Source: a virus. From it: a stretch of 34,051 nt of DNA. The first letter of the stretch is position 1. The number at the start of each line of letters is the position of its first letter. The DNA lies in IMG/VR virus record IMGVR_UViG_3300048599_000816, positions 160,545 through 194,595 of that record; one strand, written 5' to 3'. Shown one piece after another: positions 17,411 through 26,066 of the stretch. The translations under genes and the position numbers were made by a program. The notes under the pieces were generated by a model, which saw only the letters and a program-made list of their open reading frames with translations, was not told the origin of the DNA and ran no database searches.

Positions 17411-18038
17411 TAATTGTTGCCAGTGCTATGCCTATAGAATCTGCAATATCATTGTTGACACCACAATCGCTATAAATATCAGTACTAATTTTTTCATACT
17501 GTTTATCAAACTCTTTCAATTTTTTGCTTAAATCTTTTTTATTGATCCCTTGTTTTTTCCCATCAAGTTTTATTGAAATCGTATCAGCTTTTATTCTGTT
17601 AAAATCTTCTTTGTATTTTATTATTTGCTCTTGTCTTAAAAAATTAAAACGAGAACAAATCTCTACTTGAACTTCTGCTTTTAATGAACTCCCACTAATT
17701 CCTAAATTTTTCTTCCAAGCTGGTGGCTCAAAAAAAAATGGTTCTTTTTTCTTATATGAATACACTTGAAAAATCGCAACACCCGAAAATCTAGAAAGTA
17801 CTTTAAGAATTTTAGGCCCTCTCATAAACGCTATTTCTTCAATACCAATTTCGTCTGGATTATGTAATTCAATTGTTTTTTTTAATTCATTTCCTAAAAG
17901 GTGTAAACGTTGTATTGTACTCATAGTTTTTTCACCTCGTATTAAACCATAAGCAACAACAGAAATATTGTTATCAATTAATTTTAAAACACTCCAGCCA
18001 GTACTTTGTGTTGAAACATCTAGACCCATAATTTTCAT
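17385..18038 (-). CDS. ruvC: RuvC-like Holliday junction resolvase (217 aa).
   Basis: N-terminal MKIMGLDVSTQSTGWSVL, consistent with the RuvC consensus MiiLGIDPGlr.tGygV. GGGGTGATAAATG Shine-Dalgarno. Confidence 0.7.
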   Translation of the reverse strand: MKIMGLDVSTQSTGWSVLKLIDNNISVVAYGLIRGEKTMSTIQRLHLLGNELKKTIELHNPDEIGIEEIAFMRGPKILKVLSRFSGVAIFQVYSYKKKEPFFFEPPAWKKNLGISGSSLKAEVQVEICSRFNFLRQEQIIKYKEDFNRIKADTISIKLDGKKQGINKKDLSKKLKEFDKQYEKISTDIYSDCGVNNDIADSIGIALATINEIKSSKN

Positions 18039-18051
18039 TTATCACCCCGTA

Positions 18052-18090
18052 AAAATGTATTATAGACCTAGTTAGCTTTATAAAAAGTTT
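18052..18090 (-). promoter_or_regulatory. Candidate promoter for the ruvC-like transcription unit.
   Basis: TATAAT (minus strand) at 18064-18059 in an AT-rich context between the terminator and the ruvC Shine-Dalgarno. The -35 is weak (TTTTTA-like). The leader is very short. Confidence 0.3.
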
Positions 18091-18110
18091 ATAAATTAGC
18101 AGAAGTTCAC

Positions 18111-18150
18111 TTTTAAACAAAAAGAGCTAGGGACTTGTTTGTCCCTAGCT
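18111..18150 (-). terminator. Rho-independent terminator downstream of recA.
   Basis: GC-rich 10-bp perfect stem (agctagggac / gtccctagct) with loop ttgttt. Followed on the minus transcript by CUUUUUGUUUAAAA. Sits 13 nt after the recA stop. Confidence 0.8.
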
Positions 18151-18162
18151 TGAGTTACGAAT

Positions 18163-19422
18163 TTACGATTTTGTTTTTCTTTTTATTGTTGTTGTTTCAG
18201 TTTTTTCATTACCTGAATCTTCAACAAGTTCAGCGTTTTTTTCGTCTTCAGCACTCTCTTCATCTGCTTTTTCTTTTTTCACTATAAAACTTTCACTAAC
18301 ATCAGGATTGTCTTCAACAACTTCTTTATCGCTGTAAAACTTTCCTTCTTTGATGAACTTGTAAATTACTTCTTTTATATGAGGATTACTTTCGATTACG
18401 TCTCTGAAATCCTCTTTTTTGAAATGCTCTATCGATTCATCAAAAACCTCATCAGTTCCTGGTTTCACAAAATTGTATTGACCTCGTTTGAGCTTTTTTA
18501 CAAAACCATTTAGTTCTGCTACAGACATCAATTCGCCATCTTGGTCAATTCCTGTGCCATCATAACGAATCCTAATGATAATAGGATCAGCAGGTAAACC
18601 ACCCGCTTTATTTTTGTCAAACTTGATTTTAGCTTGATGTGCAAAAATCTTTCCTGCTTCATCGCGCTCTTCAGTTTTCCAGATTTTAGACACGCGATAT
18701 GATATAGTGTTGTAGAAAGGTAAAGCAGTACCACCTGTTCTTGATTCAGGGTTTGCACCAAATTTTGCATTAGGATTCATTCTAGTTTGATTGATAAAAA
18801 TCAAAATAGTTTTAGAATTCGCTGTTACCATTGCTGATAAAACTTTCTTGAGTCCCTTTGACATCATTGCTGCAACAGAAGCCATACGCTGTGACTCATC
18901 CATTCCCTTATGAATCATTTCGAGGGGGACTAGCTGTGACACAGAATCAACCATAATAATACCAAAATTACCTGGCGTAATGACTTTCTCGACCTCTCCG
19001 TCTGAATTTAGCTGAACATCGCCAAGGATTGCCATCTCAATCATGTCAAAAGCTTCTTCACCAGATATCACAGGCTTTACGTAAAGTTCAGGTACGTTTA
19101 CACCAAGTTGTTGTGCCCATCTTGACTGATACTTAAATTGATTTTCAGCATCAATAATAAGATGATCTCTAGTAGGATTTTTTTTCTGTGATTGAGCTAT
19201 AGCAAGGTAACCCATAAGAGTTTTTCCTGAGTGTTGTGGTCCGTAAATTTCAACCACACAACCTTCAGGGTAACCCTTACAGTCACCAATTGCTTCATCC
19301 ATAAGGAGCGAACCTGTAGAAATAGAAGGAGGGGGCTTTAAGATACTTGCCCCAGCTTTTTCCCATTTCCCGCCAAATTTCTGTTCAATACGCTCTGCTG
19401 CTGAAATAGTTGTTTTAGCCAT
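18163..19422 (-). CDS. recA: RecA-like recombinase (419 aa) with an acidic C-terminal tail.
   Basis: GSLLMDEAIG...GCVVEIYGPQHSGKTLMGY is the RecA Walker A and L1 region. GAAGGAGTAAAAAATG Shine-Dalgarno. Confidence 0.85.
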   Translation of the reverse strand: MAKTTISAAERIEQKFGGKWEKAGASILKPPPSISTGSLLMDEAIGDCKGYPEGCVVEIYGPQHSGKTLMGYLAIAQSQKKNPTRDHLIIDAENQFKYQSRWAQQLGVNVPELYVKPVISGEEAFDMIEMAILGDVQLNSDGEVEKVITPGNFGIIMVDSVSQLVPLEMIHKGMDESQRMASVAAMMSKGLKKVLSAMVTANSKTILIFINQTRMNPNAKFGANPESRTGGTALPFYNTISYRVSKIWKTEERDEAGKIFAHQAKIKFDKNKAGGLPADPIIIRIRYDGTGIDQDGELMSVAELNGFVKKLKRGQYNFVKPGTDEVFDESIEHFKKEDFRDVIESNPHIKEVIYKFIKEGKFYSDKEVVEDNPDVSESFIVKKEKADEESAEDEKNAELVEDSGNEKTETTTIKRKTKS

Positions 19423-19439
19423 TTTTTACTCCTTCAAAG

Positions 19440-20603
19440 TTAAAACGGGATTTTTTTTCCTCTTTTGGGAGCTTCAGCAGGAGCTTCAACTTTCTTGACT
19501 TCAGCAACAATGTCTTTTGTTGAACGATGAGGATCAGTATCAATCTTCAACTGTTTTGCTTTAACATAGAAAGGATGAACTTCTTCACAAGTTGCTTTCA
19601 CAGGACAATCAGAACACATTTTGTCGTTTTCATCAAAGTCACCTTTGCATTCATAAACTTCAATATTGTGTTCGTCATCAAGAGCTTCTTCAGTAGAAGT
19701 CTCAGGTTCTTTCACAGTCTCGACCTTTTTTTCAACAACAGCTTCTTTTTTCACAGTTTCAGTCTTTGTTGCTTCTTCAATTTCTTTTTCTACATCTTCA
19801 ACAGGATCTTTTTCTTTTTTACTTGTTTTGCGTGTTGAAGTTGCTGCAGGTTCGTCAGAAACATACTGTAAAATTTCATTGTAAGGAGCTTTTGCGCCTT
19901 CAAGAATCTTCTTGATTTCTGATAAAGGTGTATTTTTTCTGAGCTCTTTAAGATCATAACCTGTAGCAATAAGTGCCTTTTCTTCAGCAGTAAGAGGAGA
20001 TGCATCACGATCAGGAAGCGTTCTATATTCGCGTCTTTCTTTCACACCTGAAGTGATAATTTCAAGATCGTAACCAGTTTCTTCATTTGAAGGACTTCCC
20101 CATTTTTTTGCGAAGCCAAAAATTTCTTTATAAACTGTGCCACCAACGCCCATTCTTTTACAAGCAAGCTGTCTCTCTTTAGTCTCTTCATTCTCTACAT
20201 AAGCATCTTCACGATGAATGACGTTCATGTCATACCTTGTTTTTGCAGAGACTCTACCAACTTTTGCAAGAAGTGCTTCAACTTCAGGGCTCTTGTCAGT
20301 CATGTCTTCTTCTTCTTTAAGACGATGAATTTCATCCCACTGAACTGAAACCCAATCGCAACAAGCACAACGTTCGTCAATACCGTGTGTTATAGGTTTT
20401 CCAGTTGTAGATCCATTCTGAGGAATCCAGTGTTGTTTGTACCCGTGAAATGGAAACTCACCAGCTTTTTTCGAAGGAAGTACACGGACAGTATGTGTAG
20501 TATTGTCTGAGAACTTCATGTCGCGAATTTTTTGCTTCTTGCTTCCGTCATCTTCACCGTAACGGTCACCTTCATCTAACCATGGATTAACTTTTTCTGC
20601 CAT
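19440..20603 (-). CDS. T4 gp32-like single-stranded DNA-binding protein with a Zn-binding His/Cys subdomain and an acidic repetitive C-terminal tail.
   Basis: VRVLPSK...PFHGY...HGIDERCACCDW resembles gp32 IRFLPSK...HG...C..C. The C-terminus is E/K/T/V-rich and repetitive. I prefer the second ATG (20603), which has a GGAGG Shine-Dalgarno 6 nt upstream. The ORF-track start is 20615. Confidence 0.55.
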   Translation of the reverse strand: MAEKVNPWLDEGDRYGEDDGSKKQKIRDMKFSDNTTHTVRVLPSKKAGEFPFHGYKQHWIPQNGSTTGKPITHGIDERCACCDWVSVQWDEIHRLKEEEDMTDKSPEVEALLAKVGRVSAKTRYDMNVIHREDAYVENEETKERQLACKRMGVGGTVYKEIFGFAKKWGSPSNEETGYDLEIITSGVKERREYRTLPDRDASPLTAEEKALIATGYDLKELRKNTPLSEIKKILEGAKAPYNEILQYVSDEPAATSTRKTSKKEKDPVEDVEKEIEEATKTETVKKEAVVEKKVETVKEPETSTEEALDDEHNIEVYECKGDFDENDKMCSDCPVKATCEEVHPFYVKAKQLKIDTDPHRSTKDIVAEVKKVEAPAEAPKRGKKIPF

Positions 20604-20635
20604 TATGGCCTCCATTTTGTTAAAGATAATACATT

Positions 20636-20666
20636 CATTTTACAAAAAGTTTCTGTTGTTCTATCA
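20636..20666 (-). promoter_or_regulatory. Possible sigma-A-type promoter upstream of the SSB-like gene.
   Basis: TTGATA, then a 19-nt spacer, then TG directly adjacent to TAAAAT (minus strand). The spacing is longer than canonical. Confidence 0.25.
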
Positions 20667-20678
20667 ATTCTATTTATA

Positions 20679-21293
20679 TCAAGTGGGCCAACCATCATTC
20701 TTTTTTAAATCAAAATCTTCATCTTTATTTTCATAGTCTTTCTTGATATGATGATATTCTTTTTTAGGTCCAAAAAACTTGTTTCCACCAAGAGCATCAG
20801 CCTCCCACTTGAGCATAGATGCAATATTAACAATCTTATCGCCTTTTTCGCCAAGACCATTTGCAATAGCAAAAATATGTTTCATGTTCTTTTTTGACAT
20901 TGCAATATCATCTGAATAACGTTCAAAATCAGGATCGACTTTAATCATATCTTCAACCATTTTATCAGTTACACGACCCTTACAAGTTTTCTCAAGTTCT
21001 TTTCTATATTCAGCTGATTTCTTAGAATTCCACACATCAAATTTTGTTTTTAATACATCATATTCATAAACAGCTTCATTATAGATAACATTCCATCTTG
21101 CATGAAGAACTGGATTTTCCGCAAGCATTTTTAACACCATAGGTAAATTCAGTTTGTCAGCCATAGGAATAGACAATGACTCTTCTAAGTCTTGCTCAAT
21201 TGTCTTTTCTCCAACTTTGACTAAGACTTTTATAAAAAAGTCTTTTTCGTCATTTCTGTCAGGCTCAACGGCCTTTGTCCTTCTTGTAATCAT
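20679..21293 (-). CDS. Hypothetical protein (about 204-219 aa).
   Basis: The ORF-track start (21338) is a TTG that overlaps the HU-like gene by 74 nt. The first ATG is at 21293. The true start is uncertain. Confidence 0.4.
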   Translation of the reverse strand: MITRRTKAVEPDRNDEKDFFIKVLVKVGEKTIEQDLEESLSIPMADKLNLPMVLKMLAENPVLHARWNVIYNEAVYEYDVLKTKFDVWNSKKSAEYRKELEKTCKGRVTDKMVEDMIKVDPDFERYSDDIAMSKKNMKHIFAIANGLGEKGDKIVNIASMLKWEADALGGNKFFGPKKEYHHIKKDYENKDEDFDLKKNDGWPT

Positions 21294-21909
21294 GATTTTT
21301 GTCGTACTCTTTTCTTGAAACTTCTCTACTTTCACCAACTAAATAGAGCATTTGTTGCAATCTTTCATATACAGCGTACTGTTTTGTTTGCTTATTTAAT
21401 TCTCTAAAAAAAGGATCAGCAAGTACAAAATCAAAAACAAACATTGGTTTATCATAATTTAATTTCTTTACAATTCCTGTTTGCGCTTTTGTCTCTCGTA
21501 CTTTTATAACACCAATTCTTGGAATTCTATATTCTTTATATTTTCTAATAATTTCAGAAGCTGTTGTTAACCAGAGTTTATATAACATTCTTGTGTCTGT
21601 ATTTTTTAAACCAAACATTTTTGATACAACTTTTAGTTGTTCGAACAAAGGTGCGCAAAATTTTACAGGTGTTGTTAAAACACCACGTACACGTTCTCTT
21701 AAATCATCAACTGGATAAAAATCTATCAAATGATATTTTCGCCCATAAAGTAAATAACTATAAGGTTTAACATAAAACTTACCAACACCCATTATATTTA
21801 TACTACCATACTCAATAGTTCTTTTTCTAATAAAAAAAGAAAATGCATCAATTAACAAAGTTATATCAGTACTTTTCAAGCCTGTCTTGTAAGAGATGAT
21901 ATCAAGCAT
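21265..21909 (-). CDS. Tandem double HU/IHF-like (type II DNA-binding) protein (about 214 aa).
   Basis: The two halves each resemble an HU fold: MLDIISYKTGLKSTDITLLIDAF...IMGVGKFYVK and LYKLWLTTASEIIRKY...IGVIKVRETKAQTGIV. The start is placed at the ATG at 21909 rather than 21957, to avoid a 41-nt overlap with the upstream gene. Confidence 0.4.
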   Translation of the reverse strand: MLDIISYKTGLKSTDITLLIDAFSFFIRKRTIEYGSINIMGVGKFYVKPYSYLLYGRKYHLIDFYPVDDLRERVRGVLTTPVKFCAPLFEQLKVVSKMFGLKNTDTRMLYKLWLTTASEIIRKYKEYRIPRIGVIKVRETKAQTGIVKKLNYDKPMFVFDFVLADPFFRELNKQTKQYAVYERLQQMLYLVGESREVSRKEYDKNHDYKKDKGR

Positions 21910-21916
21910 CTCAGCT

Positions 21917-22837
21917 TTACCAGCATCTAAAGGTTGTTTTCCAACGATCAAATTCATTTAAAAATTGCTCAAATTCTAGTTCTTCAAATTTTTTCTTTAC
22001 AGCATCAATGTCAGTCTGTTGTTCACTGAAATCAGGTTCTACATCAAGATCAGTACATATCTTGACAAGTTTATATGCTATTTTTATGTTTTCTAAATTC
22101 TCTTTCACCTTTTGTCTTAATTCGTCTTTAGCATAAACAATCTCACCTTTTCTATTTAACATTTTTAAACACTCTGGATTGTAAAGAATATTCTCTAAAG
22201 ACCCATTTGCTAATATAAGTTTTGCTGCTGTTTTCTCTCCTACACCTTCAATTCCAGGAATATTATCTGTAGGATCTCCTGTTATTGCCATTGCTTCAGG
22301 TAGTCTATCAGGAGCAATTCCATGCTTATCTAAAACAAATTGCACGTTCTTTATAAGATTGTTTGCTAAAGGATGTAAAACTTCTACATGTCTTGAAATC
22401 AACTGTTCAAAATCATGATCTGCACTTATAATTAAAACTTTCTTTCCTTTTTTTCTTGACTTAACAGTTAAAGTTCCTATTAAATCATCAGCTTCTACAG
22501 CATCAAAATGATATTGTTTCACACCAAATAAAGAAAGGATATTTCTTAATTCGCTAAGTTGCTCGTAAAAAGCATTTTCAAATTTTTTTCTTCCTGCTTT
22601 GTATTCAGGGAAAATCTCTTTTCTTCTATCATTTCCACCATCCCAAGTTAAGAAAATTGTAGAATCTGGATCGCTATAATCTCTTATTATTTTTCTAATC
22701 GAAATAAGAACACTATAGATTGTTTCAGTTCTTTTTCCTTTACTTGTCATTAATGGTTCAGCTGATCTTCCTTTACCAGTCATTAATGAAAAATAACATC
22801 TACATGCAAGTTGATTTCCGTCAATTATTATTACCAT
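21917..22837 (-). CDS. 5'-3' exonuclease / flap endonuclease (RNase H-like, FEN family), 306 aa.
   Basis: N-terminal MVIIIDGNQLACRCYF, comparable to the PolI 5'-exo / T4 RNase H LLIDGNSLAyRafy. Internal helix-hairpin-helix-like GIPGIEGVGEKTAAKLI. Confidence 0.8.
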   Translation of the reverse strand: MVIIIDGNQLACRCYFSLMTGKGRSAEPLMTSKGKRTETIYSVLISIRKIIRDYSDPDSTIFLTWDGGNDRRKEIFPEYKAGRKKFENAFYEQLSELRNILSLFGVKQYHFDAVEADDLIGTLTVKSRKKGKKVLIISADHDFEQLISRHVEVLHPLANNLIKNVQFVLDKHGIAPDRLPEAMAITGDPTDNIPGIEGVGEKTAAKLILANGSLENILYNPECLKMLNRKGEIVYAKDELRQKVKENLENIKIAYKLVKICTDLDVEPDFSEQQTDIDAVKKKFEELEFEQFLNEFDRWKTTFRCW

Positions 22838-22849
22838 AGTATGTTTTTA

Positions 22850-24406
22850 TCAATTTTTTATTGCATCAACAAAATATTGTGGGAAAAATTTTCTATTTTG
22901 TTTAAGAAAGTAATTAAATTGACTATCCATGATGTAGATCGTGCAAAAATCTTTTTCATGTCTTACACCACGACCTGCAGCTTGAACAAGCGTCAAAGCT
23001 GTTTTCCACTTATACCATTCACTATCAAGCTCCATACGTTTTTTTATTTGTTTGTCTCCCAAAAACATAAATGGCAACTTAACTATAACAACAAATCTTG
23101 CAAGATCGTCTTTTAAATCAACACCTTCTGTCATTGAAGGTGTGATCAAAACTTTAGGCTCTTTTGTTTCTAAAAAACCTTTAAGTGCGTTAATTCGAGA
23201 TTCACTATCATGTAAAATTAATCTTGATTGATACTTAGGATCGACGTTTTCTTTTATGTAATTTGCAATTTTATAAGAATGTGCATGAATCAATCCTTTT
23301 TCTGAATCATGAAACTCTAAAATCCTGCCTATATCAAAAGCTATTTTGGGTAAAGATTCTTCAATGTCGTTTTTTCCTAAATTCCCAGACCTTGTTAATA
23401 TGATTGGTCTTATATCTACAGGAAATGAAGAAGGAACTTGAATAAACTTTGTCTTCTTAATATCTAAATCTAAATTTTTACAAAAACTATCTTTATCAAG
23501 AATTGTCGCTGACATAAATAGTTTTTTTTCAGCATGCCTAAAAAGTAAATTTTGAGCAAAAAACCCGACAGTTAAAGGTTTGAAAATAATTGTTTTTGAC
23601 CTTAACTTTTCGTTAGTTGTTATATCAAAGATCCACTCTATTTTCCCATAACTCTCCAAAAACATTTTTACACGTTCTTGTTGACTTATTAAGCTCTCAA
23701 GCTCTTTTTGAAGGTCAGAAATTATTGCTACATCAAGAAATTTGTTTTTCAGTTTTTCTGTAGTTTCTTTTCTTCTTTCTTTTATTTTCTCTTGAAGCAT
23801 CTTTAACCACTCGACATATTCTTCGAGTTTTTCATATAAAGGTATTTTTGAAGTTACACCAAGTTTTGAAAGATTGAAAGACGAAAAACTAAACTCAACA
23901 AACGACATACACTCATTATCTAAACTATGTGCTTCATCACATATCAAAAGTTTTCTATCAGGAAAAGTATTTGTGTAATTTGTAATACAAAGAAAGTACT
24001 TATAGTTCATTAAAGCAACAAAAGATTCTACAGCTTGTTGTTTTGCAACTTCATAAAAGCACTCGGGTTTTACAGGACATTGTTTTGTAGAACAATATGA
24101 ATCTTCACATGTAAAATCAGGAAGCAATTTGCAAGGATAGTTGTTTCTACCTTTAAGAACTCTAACTCTACCCGAACTATAATCTTTTATGTATTGATCT
24201 TGAAGTATTTTTTGCGACGTTAAAAGGAAAGCAGATTTATAATAAAGTCCCAGACAAATTGCAATAGCGCTTTTACCTGAACCTGTAGGGCTTTCCAAAA
24301 CAACATTCTCTATTTCTTCAGAATCTAAACTCTGTTGTATGTCGAGAATTGTTTCTTTTTGAAAAGGTCTGAACGTCGTGTGTGGGAAAAAATCGAGAAC
24401 GCTCAT
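22850..24406 (-). CDS. XPD/Rad3/DinG-family SF2 helicase with an inserted 4-Cys Fe-S domain (518 aa).
   Basis: Walker A SPTGSGKSAIAI. DEAH box LICDEAHSLD. Between them sits CKLLPDFTCEDSYCSTKQCPVKPEC. C-terminal motif VI QAAGRGVRH. Confidence 0.75.
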   Translation of the reverse strand: MSVLDFFPHTTFRPFQKETILDIQQSLDSEEIENVVLESPTGSGKSAIAICLGLYYKSAFLLTSQKILQDQYIKDYSSGRVRVLKGRNNYPCKLLPDFTCEDSYCSTKQCPVKPECFYEVAKQQAVESFVALMNYKYFLCITNYTNTFPDRKLLICDEAHSLDNECMSFVEFSFSSFNLSKLGVTSKIPLYEKLEEYVEWLKMLQEKIKERRKETTEKLKNKFLDVAIISDLQKELESLISQQERVKMFLESYGKIEWIFDITTNEKLRSKTIIFKPLTVGFFAQNLLFRHAEKKLFMSATILDKDSFCKNLDLDIKKTKFIQVPSSFPVDIRPIILTRSGNLGKNDIEESLPKIAFDIGRILEFHDSEKGLIHAHSYKIANYIKENVDPKYQSRLILHDSESRINALKGFLETKEPKVLITPSMTEGVDLKDDLARFVVIVKLPFMFLGDKQIKKRMELDSEWYKWKTALTLVQAAGRGVRHEKDFCTIYIMDSQFNYFLKQNRKFFPQYFVDAIKN

Positions 24407-24855
24407 ATATGCTCTATATCTTGTACTTTTGATTTTACAATTTTATCGAAATATGAGGGCTTTATTTTCACTACACGCTTTCGTATTTCAACTATAATTC
24501 CATCTATATTTGAAAGATCACCTTGTTTTATAATTACATGATCCCCTGTTTTAAATAACGAAGGTTTTGTTTGTTTTAATTCTACGTCAGTAACAGATAG
24601 CTTTTTAATTTGTGCTGATGTAAATTTTTGCGGACCTTCTTTTTTCGTCCCAAGAAATTTCAATACACCTTCAAAAACTAAAAAATTACTTACTTGTTGT
24701 GGTAAAATAGCAGTAGTAGAACGAATAAAAATATAACCTGAAAGCTCTTCTGAAGTAAACACTTCTTGAAAAGCCAAACTTTTTTGTTTTGAGACTAATT
24801 GATCTCTAATATATTGCTCAAAACCTTGGCGGACTAAAAGAATATACCAACTCAA
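24403..24855 (-). CDS. NusG-like transcription elongation / antitermination factor with NGN and KOW domains (150 aa).
   Basis: WYILLVRQGFEQYIRDQL resembles the NusG WYVVQAFSGFEGRV segment, and SGYIFIRS resembles PGYVLVQM. The C-terminal KOW is FKTGDHVIIKQGDLSNIDGIIVEI. ATGA overlaps on both sides. Confidence 0.65.
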   Translation of the reverse strand: MSWYILLVRQGFEQYIRDQLVSKQKSLAFQEVFTSEELSGYIFIRSTTAILPQQVSNFLVFEGVLKFLGTKKEGPQKFTSAQIKKLSVTDVELKQTKPSLFKTGDHVIIKQGDLSNIDGIIVEIRKRVVKIKPSYFDKIVKSKVQDIEHI

Positions 24856-26066
24856 GTTGACAATCCTTTTAATTTTGTTTTTACTGTAGAGACGATCATT
24901 CTTTTCATTTTAATAACATGACCTTTTGATCTCTTGTATTTTTTTGCTATTTCATCATCACCATTAATGTCATATTTCATATTACGTATTATATCATTAT
25001 ACATTGAATTTCGCAAATTTTCTCTCAAATCTCTTTCAATATGAAATAGATCATTAACATCAACATTGTATTTTTTTGCTAAGGAATAAAGAGAATTTTG
25101 CATCGTAGATTTATCTCGAATTACTTGGAGTACCTCCTGTTTTAATTCGTCAGATGCATCAATGGTTTTTAATTGGAACATCATTTGAATATGCTTACAC
25201 ATATCTCTGTTCATAAGATCTTCTTCAAAATTGCTTTGAGGTATATGTGTTTTTTCACTAGAGATTATTTCATCCCATGAACATTCAGGATCGTCTAATT
25301 CTATTTTACAAGCATTTGTTTTTCGTTTTTTTGTAGATAAAAGTTGAAGAACTCTATTGAAAGCACAATTGATCACATACCAAGCATAAGTAGAAAAACA
25401 ACCTGATGATTCTATATCAAACCATTTTGCAACCTGTTTATGCAATGCAATTACAATATCTTGGTAAAAATCAGTTTCAGTCCTATCTTGAAATTGTGCA
25501 AAACGGTGTTTATTGAAACTAACATAATTTCTAATTATTTGGTCCCAAGTTTTACCATTTACACCACGTTGATATAGAATAGTATTAAAAATTCTATTTT
25601 GTTTCTTTTTATCTTCAGTTTCTCTGAATGCTTTGATTAGATCCTTTTCGTCTCTATCTTGAGGAAGTTGATCAGCTTTAACAACTACCTTTATTTTTCT
25701 TTTTTCTTCCTTTTTAATACGCTCTTTTTTAGTTTTAACTACTATAACTTCATGTTGAGTAACAGAAGGAGTGTAACTATCAGGTATTTTAAAATCAAAG
25801 TATTTTGAAAAAAGAGTTAAAAGTTCATGTTCACTAAATATACTACCAATACATCTCATTTTGCCAAGATGTTTTTGTTTAGCTTCTTCTTCGGTAATTT
25901 TAATGAAGTTAGGTCCAAAATCTGGATTGTATTCTAATAGTTGAACTTTTTTTCCAGAAAAGCATGCTTTTTTACCGTTTTCGTGTTTGAAAATCGTAAA
26001 ATGTTTTGTTACGTCAGGCTTGATGTTAACCGGTAAAATTGAGAAAAAATCGTTAGACAAATACAT
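24852..26066 (-). CDS. Sigma-70 family RNA polymerase sigma factor with a roughly 200-aa N-terminal extension.
   Basis: Region 2 CFSTYAWYVINCAFNRVLQ (FxxYAxxWIrqaI). Region 4-like C-terminus. I take the start at the ATG at 26066, which has GGGAGAGATTTATG. The ORF-track start at 26090 is a TTG. Confidence 0.75.
   Translation of the reverse strand: MYLSNDFFSILPVNIKPDVTKHFTIFKHENGKKACFSGKKVQLLEYNPDFGPNFIKITEEEAKQKHLGKMRCIGSIFSEHELLTLFSKYFDFKIPDSYTPSVTQHEVIVVKTKKERIKKEEKRKIKVVVKADQLPQDRDEKDLIKAFRETEDKKKQNRIFNTILYQRGVNGKTWDQIIRNYVSFNKHRFAQFQDRTETDFYQDIVIALHKQVAKWFDIESSGCFSTYAWYVINCAFNRVLQLLSTKKRKTNACKIELDDPECSWDEIISSEKTHIPQSNFEEDLMNRDMCKHIQMMFQLKTIDASDELKQEVLQVIRDKSTMQNSLYSLAKKYNVDVNDLFHIERDLRENLRNSMYNDIIRNMKYDINGDDEIAKKYKRSKGHVIKMKRMIVSTVKTKLKGLST

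Noticed and set aside
18528-18770. 80-aa minus-strand ORF inside the recA-like gene, in another frame. The same applies to 3861..4049, 5235..5441, 14556..14774 and 19790..20008.
   Set aside because: Embedded out-of-frame in well-supported genes, with no ribosome-binding site. No evidence for overprinting.
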